Assembly (NCBI RefSeq): GCF_001194135.2
Contig: NC_068983.1
Coordinates: forward strand, 11,784,798 to 11,848,797
Length of the DNA: 64,000 nt
Origin: Octopus bimaculoides
Taxonomy: Eukaryota
Direction of reading: 5' to 3'
Under the pieces are notes generated by a model. That model saw only the letters and a list, made by a program, of their open reading frames with translations, did no database searches and was not told the origin of the DNA. The translations under genes were made by a program, and so were the position numbers. Shown piece by piece: positions 50,461 to 63,671 of this stretch; the first letter of the stretch is position 1, and each line of letters starts with the position of its first letter.

Positions 50461-51047
50461 TGCCCAGATGCAGTAAAATGCCCGGATGCAGTACCAGGCA
50501 GTGGCTCTCATGGCTTCTGATCTTAATTGATTGGAAGTGTTATCATGTACATTGTTTTGTCTTGGTATAAAAAGATGGGCTACAGCAAATATTCTGCTCA
50601 GTACCACAGATTTGCTTGTCAGTTGTTTGACTTTAACCCGTTGAGCATGTCCCTTGGTGGCTGACGATATGTGCATCTCTGATCATGAGCAGAAGTAGTC
50701 GGGGAGCATCATAGCCATGTGTTGAGAGGAATTATTTGGGGTTTGAATAATTCGCATCTGGCAACAGGGGTGTTTCGTTCAACATTCTTAAATAACCCTT
50801 ATTCAAGGAACTTTTGAGCAAGATGGGCTACTCGACCTGAAGAAAATTCTAACTGGGCCCCGCCAGCGAGGTCATGCGTTGTTTATCTTGATATGAGATC
50901 ACCTTGTCGTGCACATATGGTTGTGATGCATGTGCCTGGTGTACCCTTATCAGATTGGTAGTCATGGTGGGTATACTGGGCTTCGTATATTTTACCCCAG
51001 TGTCACTTTGATGGCATGCACTGCCCACTCACTCACTCACTCACTCA
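50461..51047 (+). mobile_element. Repeat family C, full-length copy with (AAT/AAC)n tail
   Basis: Starts TGCCCGGATGCAGTACCAGGCAG (first 15 nt duplicated) and truncates a family N SINE. Ends CACTC followed by (AAT)n. Confidence 0.8.
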
Positions 51048-51055
51048 ATAATAAT

Positions 51056-51088
<33 letters not shown>

Positions 51089-51346
51089 AATAATAATAAT
51101 AATGGTAATAATAATAATCTTTTATTTATTAACCACTGAAGGTTTATACAAAACATCAATGATGACATAGAACAATACAACACAAAAGGAGTGGGATTTA
51201 ATCGTGTAAAAAGGTAATAATAAAAATTATAACAAATGAATTCACAAAAGACGAGGCTTCCAAGAGCTGCTCGTAGAAATCCCACAAAAACCACGATCAC
51301 CCTCACCCCTAAGGCAAGTGCCCTCTCCACATCATCTACCCTCAAT

Positions 51347-54300
51347 CTAGGGGCGCATGCTTAGAGAAGACCCGTTCACTCGGGCCATTCGCGCTACATC
51401 CACCCACCTTTTAACAAAATTGCTGGGAGGCAGCACTTCCCTCTTTACTTTCACTTTCCTTTTCAGGTGAAACTTGGAAAAGCCGATGAGAGCTTGATCA
51501 AAGAGGAAAGTGTCTGTCTTCAGCCTTTTCAACCTGATCCACCACATAACCTCTTTCGCTAAGGCCACTAGACAAAGAAACACTGCCTGCCCTTCCCGGG
51601 CAAAGGAAGGCAGCAAGGCGATTTTCAAGATGGACTCAACTGATAGCCGGATCTGTCCAACACGTGACTGTGGGTGCTCGACATAAACCCACAAGTCAGT
51701 AATGCTCGGGCACTGGATGAGAGCGTGCAGAACAATTTCGTCGCTCTGCGCGCACCTCGGGCAAGCCCGGTTCATGGTACTTCCATGCCTGTTGAGATTA
51801 TCCCGAACAAGCAATGCCTCCCAGTAGCACTGCTAGGCCAAGGATTTCGGGAAGTTATCCATGGGCCCCAATCCGAAAGTCCTCTGGAAAAGACCAGCCA
51901 ACTCATTCTGATCGACGCCGAGAGTATCCTCAAGGAAGCCGTTGCACTTGCCCGCCACTAACCCTTTATAGAAAGCTCGAGCGGAACTTCCATTGACCGC
52001 ATTGCTCGACTGACATGACTGTGAGCGCCTGACGACATTCTAGGAGGCAGGCACCCTGCTTTGGTCTACGCTTGATCCGAGACGGCAGCTCAGACAAAGA
52101 GACGAGCTGTGGGAAATCGTGTCTAACAAACGGCAACCACACCTGCTCACTGTCTAGGAAGCACTGGAGATGTCACAGCCTCAGCACATGTCTGTGAAGA
52201 GCAGCCAGGACAAGCCCAGCCCTCTATTCAGCGAGTGTTGACAGCAAATGGATCGCGTCCCTTTCACTGAAAGTGGAAGAGCGAGCACTCCAGTTTGGTC
52301 AGACGTGAACTGGAGCAAGGCACGATACAACGGAGGCGATATGTACATTCGCCACCTCTGCCTGACCTTTCAGGAATAGCTTTCTCTTGGCCCATTTCTG
52401 GGTGAGATTGGCCATCCTGTTCGTCCCAGTTCTTCTCTACCTAGAGATATGGACCAAACCAGACCCCGAGCAATTTAACTGGCACCTCCGTCCAGCGTCC
52501 CACGACGTTTTGGGCGGCATGGACCTGCCTCTCTAGGTGTCGAGTTGCAGGCTTACTGACTTTTCTTGGTTAATTTTTGCTCCTGTTACCACCACGTATT
52601 CTTTTAGAGCATTGCCGACCAGGTGCATGTGCTTGCCGTTCGACACTATGACAGTGACGTCGTCTGCATATGCTGACACGATTCTCCCACGTCCTAGTTC
52701 GCTCGTGATGCCTCTCAATGCTTCAAATTTCCACAGTAACAGCTCAAGAGCCAGTACGTACAGAAGAGACGAGAGGAACGCATGATGTTGAATGGTTCCT
52801 ACAGGTAAGTATTCACCCGAACTACCGAGCAAATGTCGCTGTACATTGTTGTGATTTAGCCATAGAAAAAGGGACCGAAACTGGTCACCGTAAGAACGGC
52901 TGCCAAGAATTGGTGGTCGATCCTATCGAAAGCTTTAGATTGATCCAAATTGATCAGGACTCCACGTATGCCAGGTTCCTTACCCACCCTGTCTATGATG
53001 TATCGCATGAGGTGAAGGTTGTCATAGATGGATATGTCTGGGATTATGCATGTTCGCGCATCACCAATCACTTTCTCGACGACAAGCATCAACTTCTTCG
53101 CCAACACTTTGACCACACTTTAAAAATCTGCATTCAGCAGCGTTGTGAGGCTAACATTTTTTATTTGATCTCCCTTATTTGGGAATTCTCCCGTTCTATT
53201 GCCAGTTGCTGTAGATATTTGTCAAAAGGCCACCAGACAAGTGTGGCATATAGAAATAAAGCTTATAGGGCAGACCATCCAAACCAGGGGATTTTCCCTC
53301 CCCACCCCGTGCAACTCATCATCGCATCCCATATTTCCGCAGTTGTTATCAATATTTCGCAACACTCCGCCTCCCTTTCCGAGAGTTGTGGCATGCCGTC
53401 GAAGTCCTGTGTTCTGGACTGCCATTCGTCCCAAACAGTTGGGCGAAGGGCTACTGAAATGCTGCTCACATTTGTTCAGGCTCGAGCACCATACGCCCAT
53501 TTTGGTCCACCAAAGACCGAATTGTGGCGTTGGTTCTACGTTGTGCCTCTTCCACTCGAGCCCATCGAGCGGCTTTCGTTCCCTCTTGTCTTAGAGCACA
53601 CATCTTAGCTCTGACAATGCAACCTTCGTGTTTAGCGTTGAAAAATTGGTCCTGGGCCACGCTCGCGGCCAGCACATCGGTCGCAATGACTTTGCTAAGT
53701 GACTCTTCTAAGTCACTAACTAAATTCCCTTTTATTTTATTCCTTTCTATCACTATTGCCTAACTAAACCTAACTGATTCTACTCTGATTGCCCTTTTCA
53801 GGGCAAACCACCAATTGTAGTTGACGATTACTCCTACCAACGCCCACTTAACTAATTCTGTAATCCGGTTTCTGTAAGCCTGAGATGCTGGGAGTGACGT
53901 GTTCAGTTTCGAATAACTGGTTTCTGCCTTCGAAGTCTATCTAGGTCGACTGTACAGATCCCAAATTTGTGGTCTGTGTAGTCGACCAGTTTGAAAAGTG
54001 GATAACTTATACTATATTTATCTGCTGACCTACAGAATACCCTGTCTAGATACGACCTGGATTACCCGATGCGATTCGTTAATGTCCACATTGGCACATC
54101 CTGGAAATACAGTCGATACCTGTCAGACAGTTGAAAATATCTGTGCAGGTTTGCGTGGCTTTTACCACCCCATCTTCTATCCACAAGCTCAACATGTGCT
54201 CCAGGCGTGGCTCTAAGACGGCGACCCAGTCATCCACTAACACCTCCAGACGTTTGAAGAAATCCGGCTGTCCAGCTCCCGTTGGAGCATAATCAGCCAC

Positions 54301-54624
54301 CAGCCTGTAAGCACCCTCCTCACAACTGTTCACATCCAGGACCACCAACTTACCTTCTGAGTCTAGGAAGATAATCTTTATCTTGAGATTCAGGCCTCTC
54401 CGGATCAACACCACCGCTCCACCTCCCATTCCTGGTTGACATGGAGGTAAATATATCGCGTATCCACCGAAAATGGGTATGAAAGCTTGTCGCTCGGAGA
54501 GTCTGGCTTCACTGATGGCCACTACATCAACACTTATTGGCCTGAGGTCGTTGAGTAGATGGCCTTGTTTTTAAGGCGACTCCAGGCCACGTGCATTTAT
54601 ACTGCCTACTCTGAGCAGAATCAT
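51347..54624 (-). pseudogene. LINE ORF2 (APE endonuclease, RT, zinc finger), disrupted
   Basis: Pieces in the ORF track: 54079-54522, 53466-53753, 52856-53116, 52533-52832 and 51347-51814. Confidence 0.9.
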
Positions 54625-54886
54625 GTTTGATCAAAGTGATTTAGTTGGCGAAGAGGGGTGGGTGGGTGAATGTTCCGTCCTCATAGGTATGTGTGGATGT
54701 TTCCAGGAGCAGTTATTTATATATTCGTCTATTCATGTCTCTCTGAAAAGCTCCACCTTCTTTAGGGTATTTTATTTTGATAGTGCTGTATGTATGCTGT
54801 GAAAATGTAGTTGTATATTTGAGATATGAGGAATTACGTACATTATTTACATTTGACGGTTATTTGTCCTCATCTTGTTTGTTGTT

Positions 54887-54932
54887 AACACAACGTTTCG
54901 GCTGATATACCCTCCAGCCTTCTTCAGGTGTC
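54887..54932 (-). ncRNA. Minimal type-I hammerhead ribozyme with intact core
   Basis: Minus strand GACAC CUGAAGA A GGCUG gaggguauau CAGCC GAAA CG UU GUGUU: all core nucleotides are present, with an extra A after A9, a palindromic AACGUU stem III and a GUU cleavage triplet. Confidence 0.75.
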
Positions 54933-55014
54933 TTGGGGAAATTTCGAACCTGAGTTCTCATTCCTAAGGAACCAGAACCTTAGGAATGAGAACCCCGGTT
55001 CGAAATTTCCCCAG

Positions 55015-55060
55015 GACACCTGATGAACGTTGGAGGGTATATCAGCCAATACGTTGTGTT
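55015..55060 (+). ncRNA. Hammerhead motif, mutated copy
   Basis: GACAC CTGATGA A cgttg..CAGCC aata CGTT GTGTT: GAAA has become AATA and stem II is broken. Confidence 0.55.
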
Positions 55061-57348
55061 AACAACAAACAAGATGAGGACAAATATCCGTCAAATGTAA
55101 ATAATGTAAATAAGTATGCTGTACTGGTTGTATGACCTTAATGTGTTGGTGTGTTGGTGGGTTGTTTTTTGGTGCGATAAGGTCGGTGTGTGTGATGTCT
55201 ATATGGTTATATATGTGATCTATTAGTTTTTGTTGTTTGTGTCTATTGATGTGTAGTTGAAAATGTTTGACTTTTGCTGATGTTGAGATATGCGAGCTGA
55301 AAGTTGTGTGTGTGAATTGGGTTGTGCTTGTGATGATGGTGTCTGTAATAGTGGTGGTGGTGATGGTAGTAATAGGGGTGACGTTGTTGACGGTACTGGA
55401 GTGGCGGTTGTTGGGGGAGGTGTTTGAAAATTTACTTTCGATAGTGTCTCTCCCTTCTAGTCATACCAGCCAGTTTTTTCCTGTGTGTTGATGTCGGGGT
55501 TGGTTTGTTTCTTTTTCTTTTGTCTGATTTCCGAACCTTTTGCCAGTAAGGGTCTTCCTGCTCGTCCTCACCGCAGGACATGTCTGATTGCTCCGAACAC
55601 GGAAGGAGAAAATCTTGAGGGACTTTTTGTGTTTTTTTTTTGTTGATAAAGTTGTTGTTGTTTTGGAGGATTCTGATGCTGTTGTTTTTGCTGCTGTCGA
55701 TGATCGTGATTTCTTTGCTATGTTTGATGCTGTTGTCTCCATTGTTGTTCTTGTTGTTGCTGCTACTGCTGTCGGAGCTTCTGTTACCGTTGTTCTTGCA
55801 GCTGTATCACCTGCTTCTGCTGGTACTGTTGCTGTTATTATTGTTGCGGTGGTGGTGATGGCGTCGGAAAAAATGATGGGGGCTTACTTTTCTCTTTTGT
55901 TGTTGGCAGAAAGCTTTGAGGTGATTTGTGTTCCCGCACAGGTGACATCTTGGTTTTCTGCCCTCAACAGCCACTTGAAGCTTTGTGCAATCCGGTAGGC
56001 TTATGTAGTCTGGAATGACCTCCACGTACTCCTAATCTGCCTGTATTAATAGCTGCATCCTCTGTCCTAACCAGTTCTGCTTATGTATCTTCTCTATTCG
56101 CAGAATCGTGGTTTTCTCTTCTACGCCGTGGAGAATTGCAGCCACTAGCCAGCAGATGTTTATCTTTGGTGGGATGTTGATTATTCTAATTTTGAATACT
56201 CTTCGACCAAGGTAGATGGGGATGAGAATGAGTCCGCCAGTCGATAGAGTAGCTGTTGAGTGATATTACGCCTCCTCCTCTGAGGCGAACTTCACCTTGA
56301 CAGTCCCACATTTCTTCCTCCTGGTTACATAGGTTTTGCTTTTCCAAACTGGTTTTAAGCATTTCTCTGTTTGCTGTTGTGTTGCCTGCTCCACTTCCCT
56401 ACCTTTGGCCTCAATTGTTTTATATAGAACTGTACTCAAATTAATTTCTTGCTGGACAGTTCTAGGAATGTTTAGTATCACATTTCTCCAACATACATTT
56501 CGCGTGTATAAAATGTCTTAGCTTACTTCACGAGTTATTTTCGCAAAGTCGAACTCATTTCGACTGGATTTGTGTGCCTTGTTTTCCTTGTTGCTTTTTT
56601 CGTTAGTGATGTTGTTGTTGGTAGTGGTGGAGCTGCTGCTGCCACCGGCGGTGATGGCAGAGGTGGCAGTGTTCTCGCTCGTGTTGTCGCTTTTTGTCAT
56701 TGATTTCCTTTGTTCATACGATGGTGAAAGTGATGGTGAAAATAAGGGAAAAATTGCTTTTGCTTTCATAGGCCTCACGTGCGCTATTGTTGTTGTTGTT
56801 GTTGCTGCTGCTGCTTCAACAATCATTGTCTTTTACGACGTGGCTGTTCTCTTTTCTGGATAACCAGCTGTTCCTTTCGGCAGACGGACAATTCTTGTTC
56901 TTCATCTTGTTTTAGCAAAAAAAAAAAAAAAGAAGAAAAAAAAGAAAAAAAGGGACGTCTAAGCCCAAACAAGCACCAAACTAACTCGTAAGGGCTACAG
57001 TTAGAGAAGAACTAACCCGCTCCCCAAGGCCCTGGTTTAGTTTAACTAAGTAACGATAACAAATGTACAATGTATAACGATGTGTAACAATATGAATAAC
57101 AACAAAACTTACGGAGCGATGTGCAACACATCTCGACAGACCGACAACAACAACAACAACAAAAGGTTTATTATTTACCTGCTGGAGTAGGAGCGAAGAG
57201 TGTGATTAAAGTAGATATTTGGATTGGTAGATTTATGCTTCTCAGTATACCAATGTCCAACGATGTCCAACGAAGTTTAGTTTAAACAAAATCCTTCTTA
57301 GGCATCATTCTGAAGAACTGTAAAATTATTACTTGTTAAGATTAACTC

Positions 57349-57594
57349 TACAGATTTTCCATAGAAATTATAATCAACACACCAACACATATTGTTAAGG
57401 CGTTTCGTATCCAAAACACCTGATGTAAAGAAACAATGAAATCAAAGATGAAAAATGGATGATGGGCGTATATGATATATTTCAGGAGGAGCTTTTGATC
57501 TTTCGTCAGCAACAATCAAACTCATTAATCATACATGAACTCATTACTTAACCACTAAATCAGTGTTGACAATAATTTCTATAGAAAATCTGTA
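57349..57594. repeat. 32-bp inverted repeat (3 mismatches) enclosing about 180 bp, possible old MITE
   Basis: TACAGATTTTCCATAGAAATTATAATCAACAC versus the reverse complement of 57563-57594. Confidence 0.5.
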
Positions 57595-59203
57595 AAGATA
57601 ACCTTAACAAAAGATGTAATAGCACAGCTAACACAATAAAACACAGTATTGACTTATAAAAGCGTTTAATATACTTTGTAGTCTATTATGATTGCATAAC
57701 AAAATACGGTATTCTTATACGTCACTAGCAAACGCACCCGTCCTTTGGATAGTTTAAGTTGCTTTGGTGGTATTTTTTTCACCAAATAATTGAACTACCG
57801 AGAAGGTTTATGAGTAGCGCAGCAGTCTATGTTTCCGATTAACCTAGGAACAGTGAATGAAATTGAAGGATGGTTATTGTGGAGGTCGTTACACTTTAAT
57901 GATCATAGAACATATAAGTTTGCAAGCGATGTAAAGTAGAGCTACTGAAGTGTCTTGGGGGTAGATTACGGATAATGACTATAAAATATAGTTGTTTTAT
58001 ATGAAAGCGAAATTTCTTGTCAGAAACAGCCACATAAATGGTGAAAGGAAATTGAAGGAAGACGTTCAAACTTCCCCTCTGCGACTTTTTTAATTTTTCA
58101 ACAGCATAGGCAGCTATTTTTTCGGAGAGATAAGCTAGCAAAAGCCCCTTTATTCTTTCTTCCCACATAGCCTGCGCATAAACTAACAGCAAATGCTGCA
58201 TTAAGTTAAACTGGCATGGAGCTTTCTGAAAGATACGTATAGCTTTCGTTAGTGGAAGCAAAACTCTTCTCTAAAGGTTGATTCTTTGGGACGAATCATA
58301 AGTGATTGCTTAAAAAAGGCTAGAACGTCAATGCTAAAACGTATTTGAAAGAATAGACAACAGCCGAAATATCATAATGGATGGGTAAATAAGCATCCTT
58401 AAAGCGATACAACGCATTGGTAGGTAAACAAAGGTATCAACAAATAGAAGAGAAGGAAGGGAACATCACCTTTCAATTATCTCAGAATAGGTAAAGGTAA
58501 AATTGCCAAAGTTTAATGTAGTTTAAATATAGGGATTAAGATTGTTTGGTATTGGATATTCATCGCGAACAGTGTTCCGTTCCTATTTAATTTAATCACC
58601 GTGGTAGGTGGACAATCGAAATAAACGATTCTGCCAGCTAACCCCTCAATCAATATAAATATTGGTTTCAAATTTTGGCACAAGCTCAGCAATTTCTGGA
58701 GAGGGGACAAATCAATTAGATCGATCCCAGTACTCAACTGGTACTTATTTTATCGACGCTGAAAGGAGGAGAGGCAAAACCGACCCCAGCGGCATTTGAA
58801 CTTAGCGTAATATTAAAAGCTGAATTCAATACCAGAAAGGAGATTATAGGTGTTTCGGTCATAAATTAAACTTAGGAAACTTAGAAACTAATCACTACAT
58901 TTCTTTCCCATCATTTTGAAAGTACAGAAGACATCGACAAATATACAAAATCTGCACACAGAAGAAAGGAGAACGATATAGATGGAAAACTATTTCAGGA
59001 TGAGTACAGTTGAACGAGAAAAGATTCTTAAGAACAAGCAAAGGTAGTAAAATATGGGAAGACGAAAATGAAAACAAAATTAAACTTCTTCTTGATATGA
59101 GGAACAAATTAAGTACAAGGTAGAAGCTAACTACATCAGTTTCTGTCATGACTAAGAGCTAAGTCAACGTGAATCTATAAGAAATAAATAAAATGCTTAC
59201 ACA

Positions 59204-59373
59204 GGAGCAGGTGTGGCTGTGTGGTAAGTAGCTTACTTACCAACCACATCGTTCTGGGTTCAGTCCCACTGCGTGGCACCTTGGGCAAGTGTCTTCTACT
59301 ATAGTCTCGGGCCGACCATAGCCTTGTGAGTGGATTTGGTAGACGGAAACTGAAAGAAGCTCGTCGTATGTAT

Positions 59374-59424
<51 letters not shown>

Positions 59425-59622
59425 TGTGTCTGTGTTTGTCTCCCCAACGTCGCTTGACAACCGATGCTGGTGTGTTTACGTCCCCGTAACTTAGCGGTTC
59501 GGCAAAAAGAGACCGATAGAATAAGTACTAGGCTTACAAAGAATAAGTCCTGGGCGTCGATTTGCGCTCGACTAAAGGCGGTGCTCCAGCATGGCCGCAG
59601 TCAAAATGATTGAAACAAGTAA
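59204..59622 (+). mobile_element. SINE family A, full length with internal (TG)n
   Basis: Closest to the apparent consensus. Confidence 0.9.
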
Positions 59623-59911
59623 GAGGAAGAGGAAGAGTAACAGGCTGCTGCATGCGAGTGAGATCGAAACGAAACCAAATGAACGTCTTAAACAAACGGC
59701 CATGCCTGTACCCATGGGTACAAATATAGGCCCAAAGTCTGCAGTTTGCTGGGAAGGAACTTGTCGATTAGCTTGACCCCACTACTGAGCTTATACTTAT
59801 TTCATCGACCCCGAAGGGATGTAATCTCGGCAGAATTTGAAATCAGAATGCAAAGCCGGAAGAAATACCTCTTATCCGGGGCGGTAACAATTCTTCCAGC
59901 TCGCTCTCTTG

Positions 59912-59962
<51 letters not shown>

Positions 59963-59966
<4 letters not shown>

Positions 59967-60241
59967 CAGCAGATGACAACGTTTCCCTAGAAGAAATGGA
60001 GAAACTTTCAAAATACAAAGACCTGGAAATAGAGATAACTCGAATGTGGAATCTAAAAACAGAAATAATTCCTATCATAGTAGGTGCCTTAGGTATAATA
60101 AAAAATATTCAGACAAATACATAACAAAAACACCAGGACTTACAAATATATATAACATACAGAAAATTGCACTACTGGGCACTGCACACATCCTACGCAA
60201 AACACTTTCAATACAGTAAACATAAGAGCACCACAGCAAAC
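59963..60241 (+). mobile_element. R4/Dong-like RLE retrotransposon 3' fragment, family 2, after (AAT)n
   Basis: IPADDNVSLEEMEKLSKYKDLEIEITRMWNLKTEIIPIIVGALG..(frameshift)..QKIALLGTAHILRKTLSIQ* is a canonical R4/Dong RLE C-terminus. The element runs into an N gap. Confidence 0.85.
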
Positions 60242-61410
60242 NNNNNNNNNNNNNNNNNNNNNNNNNNNNNNNNNNNNNNNNNNNNNNNNNNNNNNNNNNN
60301 NNNNNNNNNNNNNNNNNNNNNNNNNNNNNNNNNNNNNNNNNNNNNNNNNNNNNNNNNNNNNNNNNNNNNNNNNNNNNNNNNNNNNNNNNNNNNNNNNNNN
60401 NNNNNNNNNNNNNNNNNNNNNNNNNNNNNNNNNNNNNNNNNNNNNNNNNNNNNNNNNNNNNNNNNNNNNNNNNNNNNNNNNNNNNNNNNNNNNNNNNNNN
60501 NNNNNNNNNNNNNNNNNNNNNNNNNNNNNNNNNNNNNNNNNNNNNNNNNNNNNNNNNNNNNNNNNNNNNNNNNNNNNNNNNNNNNNNNNNNNNNNNNNNN
60601 NNNNNNNNNNNNNNNNNNNNNNNNNNNNNNNNNNNNNNNNNNNNNNNNNNNNNNNNNNNNNNNNNNNNNNNNNNNNNNNNNNNNNNNNNNNNNNNNNNNN
60701 NNNNNNNNNNNNNNNNNNNNNNNNNNNNNNNNNNNNNNNNNNNNNNNNNNNNNNNNNNNNNNNNNNNNNNNNNNNNNNNNNNNNNNNNNNNNNNNNNNNN
60801 NNNNNNNNNNNNNNNNNNNNNNNNNNNNNNNNNNNNNNNNNNNNNNNNNNNNNNNNNNNNNNNNNNNNNNNNNNNNNNNNNNNNNNNNNNNNNNNNNNNN
60901 NNNNNNNNNNNNNNNNNNTCTGGTGTGCTAAATATTCTGCCAGTTCATCTTCCTGTATCTATAAATATTGGTTTCAAATTTTTGCACAAAGCCAGCAAGT
61001 TCGGAGTAGGGGAAAAAGTCACTTAGATCGTCCTCACTGCTTCACTGTTACTTATTTTATCGACCCCGAAAAGGTATGAAAGGCAAAGCCGACCCCGGCG
61101 GAATTTGAACTCAGAACGTAAAAGACGGACGAAATACCGCAAAGCATTTTGTGTGGCATGCTAACGGTTCTGCCAGGTCCGCTGCCATTTTGAACCCATA
61201 AATATTAATTACTGGAAATCAATGACTATGCGCAAGAAGCTACTGAAATACAATAATTCAAGAGGTCAACGTCAACAGCGAACATTATATTCAACATGGA
61301 CAAATAATCGTTCGCTTCATTTCTGACTACCCAGTTCTATCAAAGACAGAATATACCCACAGACATGACTGTATACATAGCTATGTTCATAGTTACCTAT
61401 GCCTACCATG

Positions 61411-61793
61411 TGGAGACGCAATGGCCCAGTGGTTAAGGCAGCGGACTCGTGATCGTAGGATCGCGGTTTCGATTCCCAGACCGGGCATTGTGAGTGTTTA
61501 TTGAGCGAAAACACTTAAAGCTCCACGAGGCTCCGGCAGGGGGTGGTGGCAAACCCTGCTGTACTCCTTCACCACAACTTTCTCTCACTCTTTCTTTCTA
61601 TTTCTGTTGTACCTCTATTTCAAAGGGCCAGCCTTGTCACACTCTGTGTCACGCTGAATCTCCCCCAGAACTACGTTAAGGGTACAGGTGTCTGTGGAGC
61701 GCTCAGCCATTTGCACGTTAATTTCACGAGCAGGCTGTTCCGTTGATCGGATCAACTGCAACCCTCGTCGTCGTAACCGACGGAGTGCCAACC
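61411..61793 (+). mobile_element. SINE family B, full length with 12-bp TSD
   Basis: The TSD ATGCCTACCATG at 61399-61410 and 61794-61805 indicates target-primed retroposition. Confidence 0.92.
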
Positions 61794-62993
61794 ATGCCTA
61801 CCATGCACACACATAAAAACTAAAACCTAGTGCATGTATAATTAGTAACAGAACAGTAATGATAATTTAGGTGGGAGACTTAATCTTTTGTTCGGTTGAG
61901 TTCCATTACATAAACCTTAGGTGTCTTTTGGGGAATTTAGGTATCCAAAGGCCGGGTGAAGGTGTTAAACTGAACAACGTATCAATTATACTGAATAAAT
62001 AGTGCCATCTTCACATTCTGAGTTTTTCAAATTCTGCCGATACCGACCTTGCTTTTCATCTTTTCGGAGTTGAAACGATAAAATGGATACCAGTTGAACA
62101 CCGGGGTCGATATAATCGATTTAAGTACTTCTGGGAAAGAGTAGAAGGCTACACCCCTCTGCCAAGCTCTGTGAAGCCAGGGTGACAGAATAGGCTTATC
62201 AAACCAGTATGATCTCAAGTTCCAAATCACGACCACAGGCAATTCAATTCAATTTAGACATAGGTCCTAGGTAGGAACGTCATACACTTCGGCAATAAAG
62301 TGCTCTTCTTGTGATGTGGGATAAGATACCTCTGGGTAACAATTTTTTATTGCTAAAATCCTTTCACACCAGACGAAAGGCATGGCACACGAAGTGATAA
62401 TTTCCACATACTGAAACCATTCTGCAACTTAATTTTTCTTTTAAATGGTTTTTAACAGTAAAAGTTGAATTCGTGAACGATAAAAATTATATTTATTTTT
62501 GTTGAAATATGGTCAGAAAAGCTGTACATGTTTACACATTGATATTAAAATAGAAAAGTCAGAAAACAGTATGGAAGCGAGGAGAAACGATATATTGAAA
62601 AGAAAAAAAAAAATCTAAAAGCCAGGTTAACGAAAACCTGTATATTCCAGCACCCCACCCAAAAGAAGGAGAGAAAAAGGTCCAGTGGAATTTTTATTTG
62701 ATAAATTTCTGTTTGATAAATTCTATCTTTGCAAATATAGGCACAGGCGTGGCTGTGTGGTACGAGGCATGCATCCCAACTACATGGTTTCGAGTTCAGT
62801 TCCACTGCGTCTCAGCTTCGGCAGCTTTCGCACCTTGGGCAAGTGTCTTCTAGTATAGCCTCAGGCCGATCAACCTTTTGTGAGTGGATTGCGCTACCGG
62901 AAACTGAAAGAAACCCTCTCTATATACATACATACATATATATATGCGCGCGCGCGTGTGTGAGAAAGAGAGAGAGAGGGAGAGAGAGAGAGA

Positions 62994-63076
<83 letters not shown>

Positions 63077-63640
63077 TGTATTTGTGTATGTGTTTGACCC
63101 CCGTTACTGCTCGGCAACCAGTGTTAGTGTGTTTATATCCCCCCTAACTTAGCAGTTCCGCAAAAGTGACAGATTGAATAACTACCATGCTTTAAGAATG
63201 TACTGAGGTAGATTCATTCGACTACAAATTACCTCAGAAGATGCCCCAGCATGTCTGCAGTCTAATAATAGAAACAAGTAAAAAAAAAGAAAGATTAAAA
63301 GCTAAAATTATTAAAGTCTTCTTTTTTTTTTTTTTTTAGAGGTTTCTCAATTTTACATTCCTACTTTATGCTGGAGGCCCAAAGGCACTCAGCAGAGGCT
63401 ACAGAAAATGTCCCTCGCTTTTTGGATAGAAAGAGAATACACCCAAGCTATAATTTAAAGTACATTTCAATGCACGTAGCAGTCTGTATAACAGGCAGAC
63501 AGTACATGACTGGAAAATGGTACTTTTATAAAACTTATTAGATTCATGACATGTAAAAAAACAAAACAAAACAAAAACAGAATAAAGCATATGCATGTCG
63601 AAAAAATAGATTGAAAGACTAATACAAGACCCAGTTTGTG

Positions 63641-63671
<31 letters not shown>

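Larger units (their letters stand above)
54839..55108. mobile_element. Palindromic insertion: two inverted 131-bp copies of the hammerhead-bearing SINE tail
   Basis: Arms 54839-54969 and 54978-55108, 9 mismatches by manual alignment, 8-nt spacer AACCAGAA. Lies between ORF1 and ORF2 of the LINE. Confidence 0.9.
51117..57025 (-). mobile_element. L1/Tx1-clade LINE, near full length, decayed
   Basis: ORF1 remnants with a CCHC knuckle CHLCGNTNHLKAFC (about 55900-55950). ORF2 starts at ATG 54624 with APE motifs (VGSINARGLE, VVAISEAR, LVADYAP), RT motifs (LINLDQSKAFDRIDH, LSSLLYVLALE, AYADDVTV) and C-terminal CPRCAQSDEIVLHALIQC, and ends at 51347. 3' AATAAA and (ATT)n tail. Multiple stops and frameshifts. 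Confidence 0.92.

Noticed and set aside
52718-53608. 296-aa plus-strand ORF
   Set aside because: It is antisense to LINE ORF2, with no independent domain signal.
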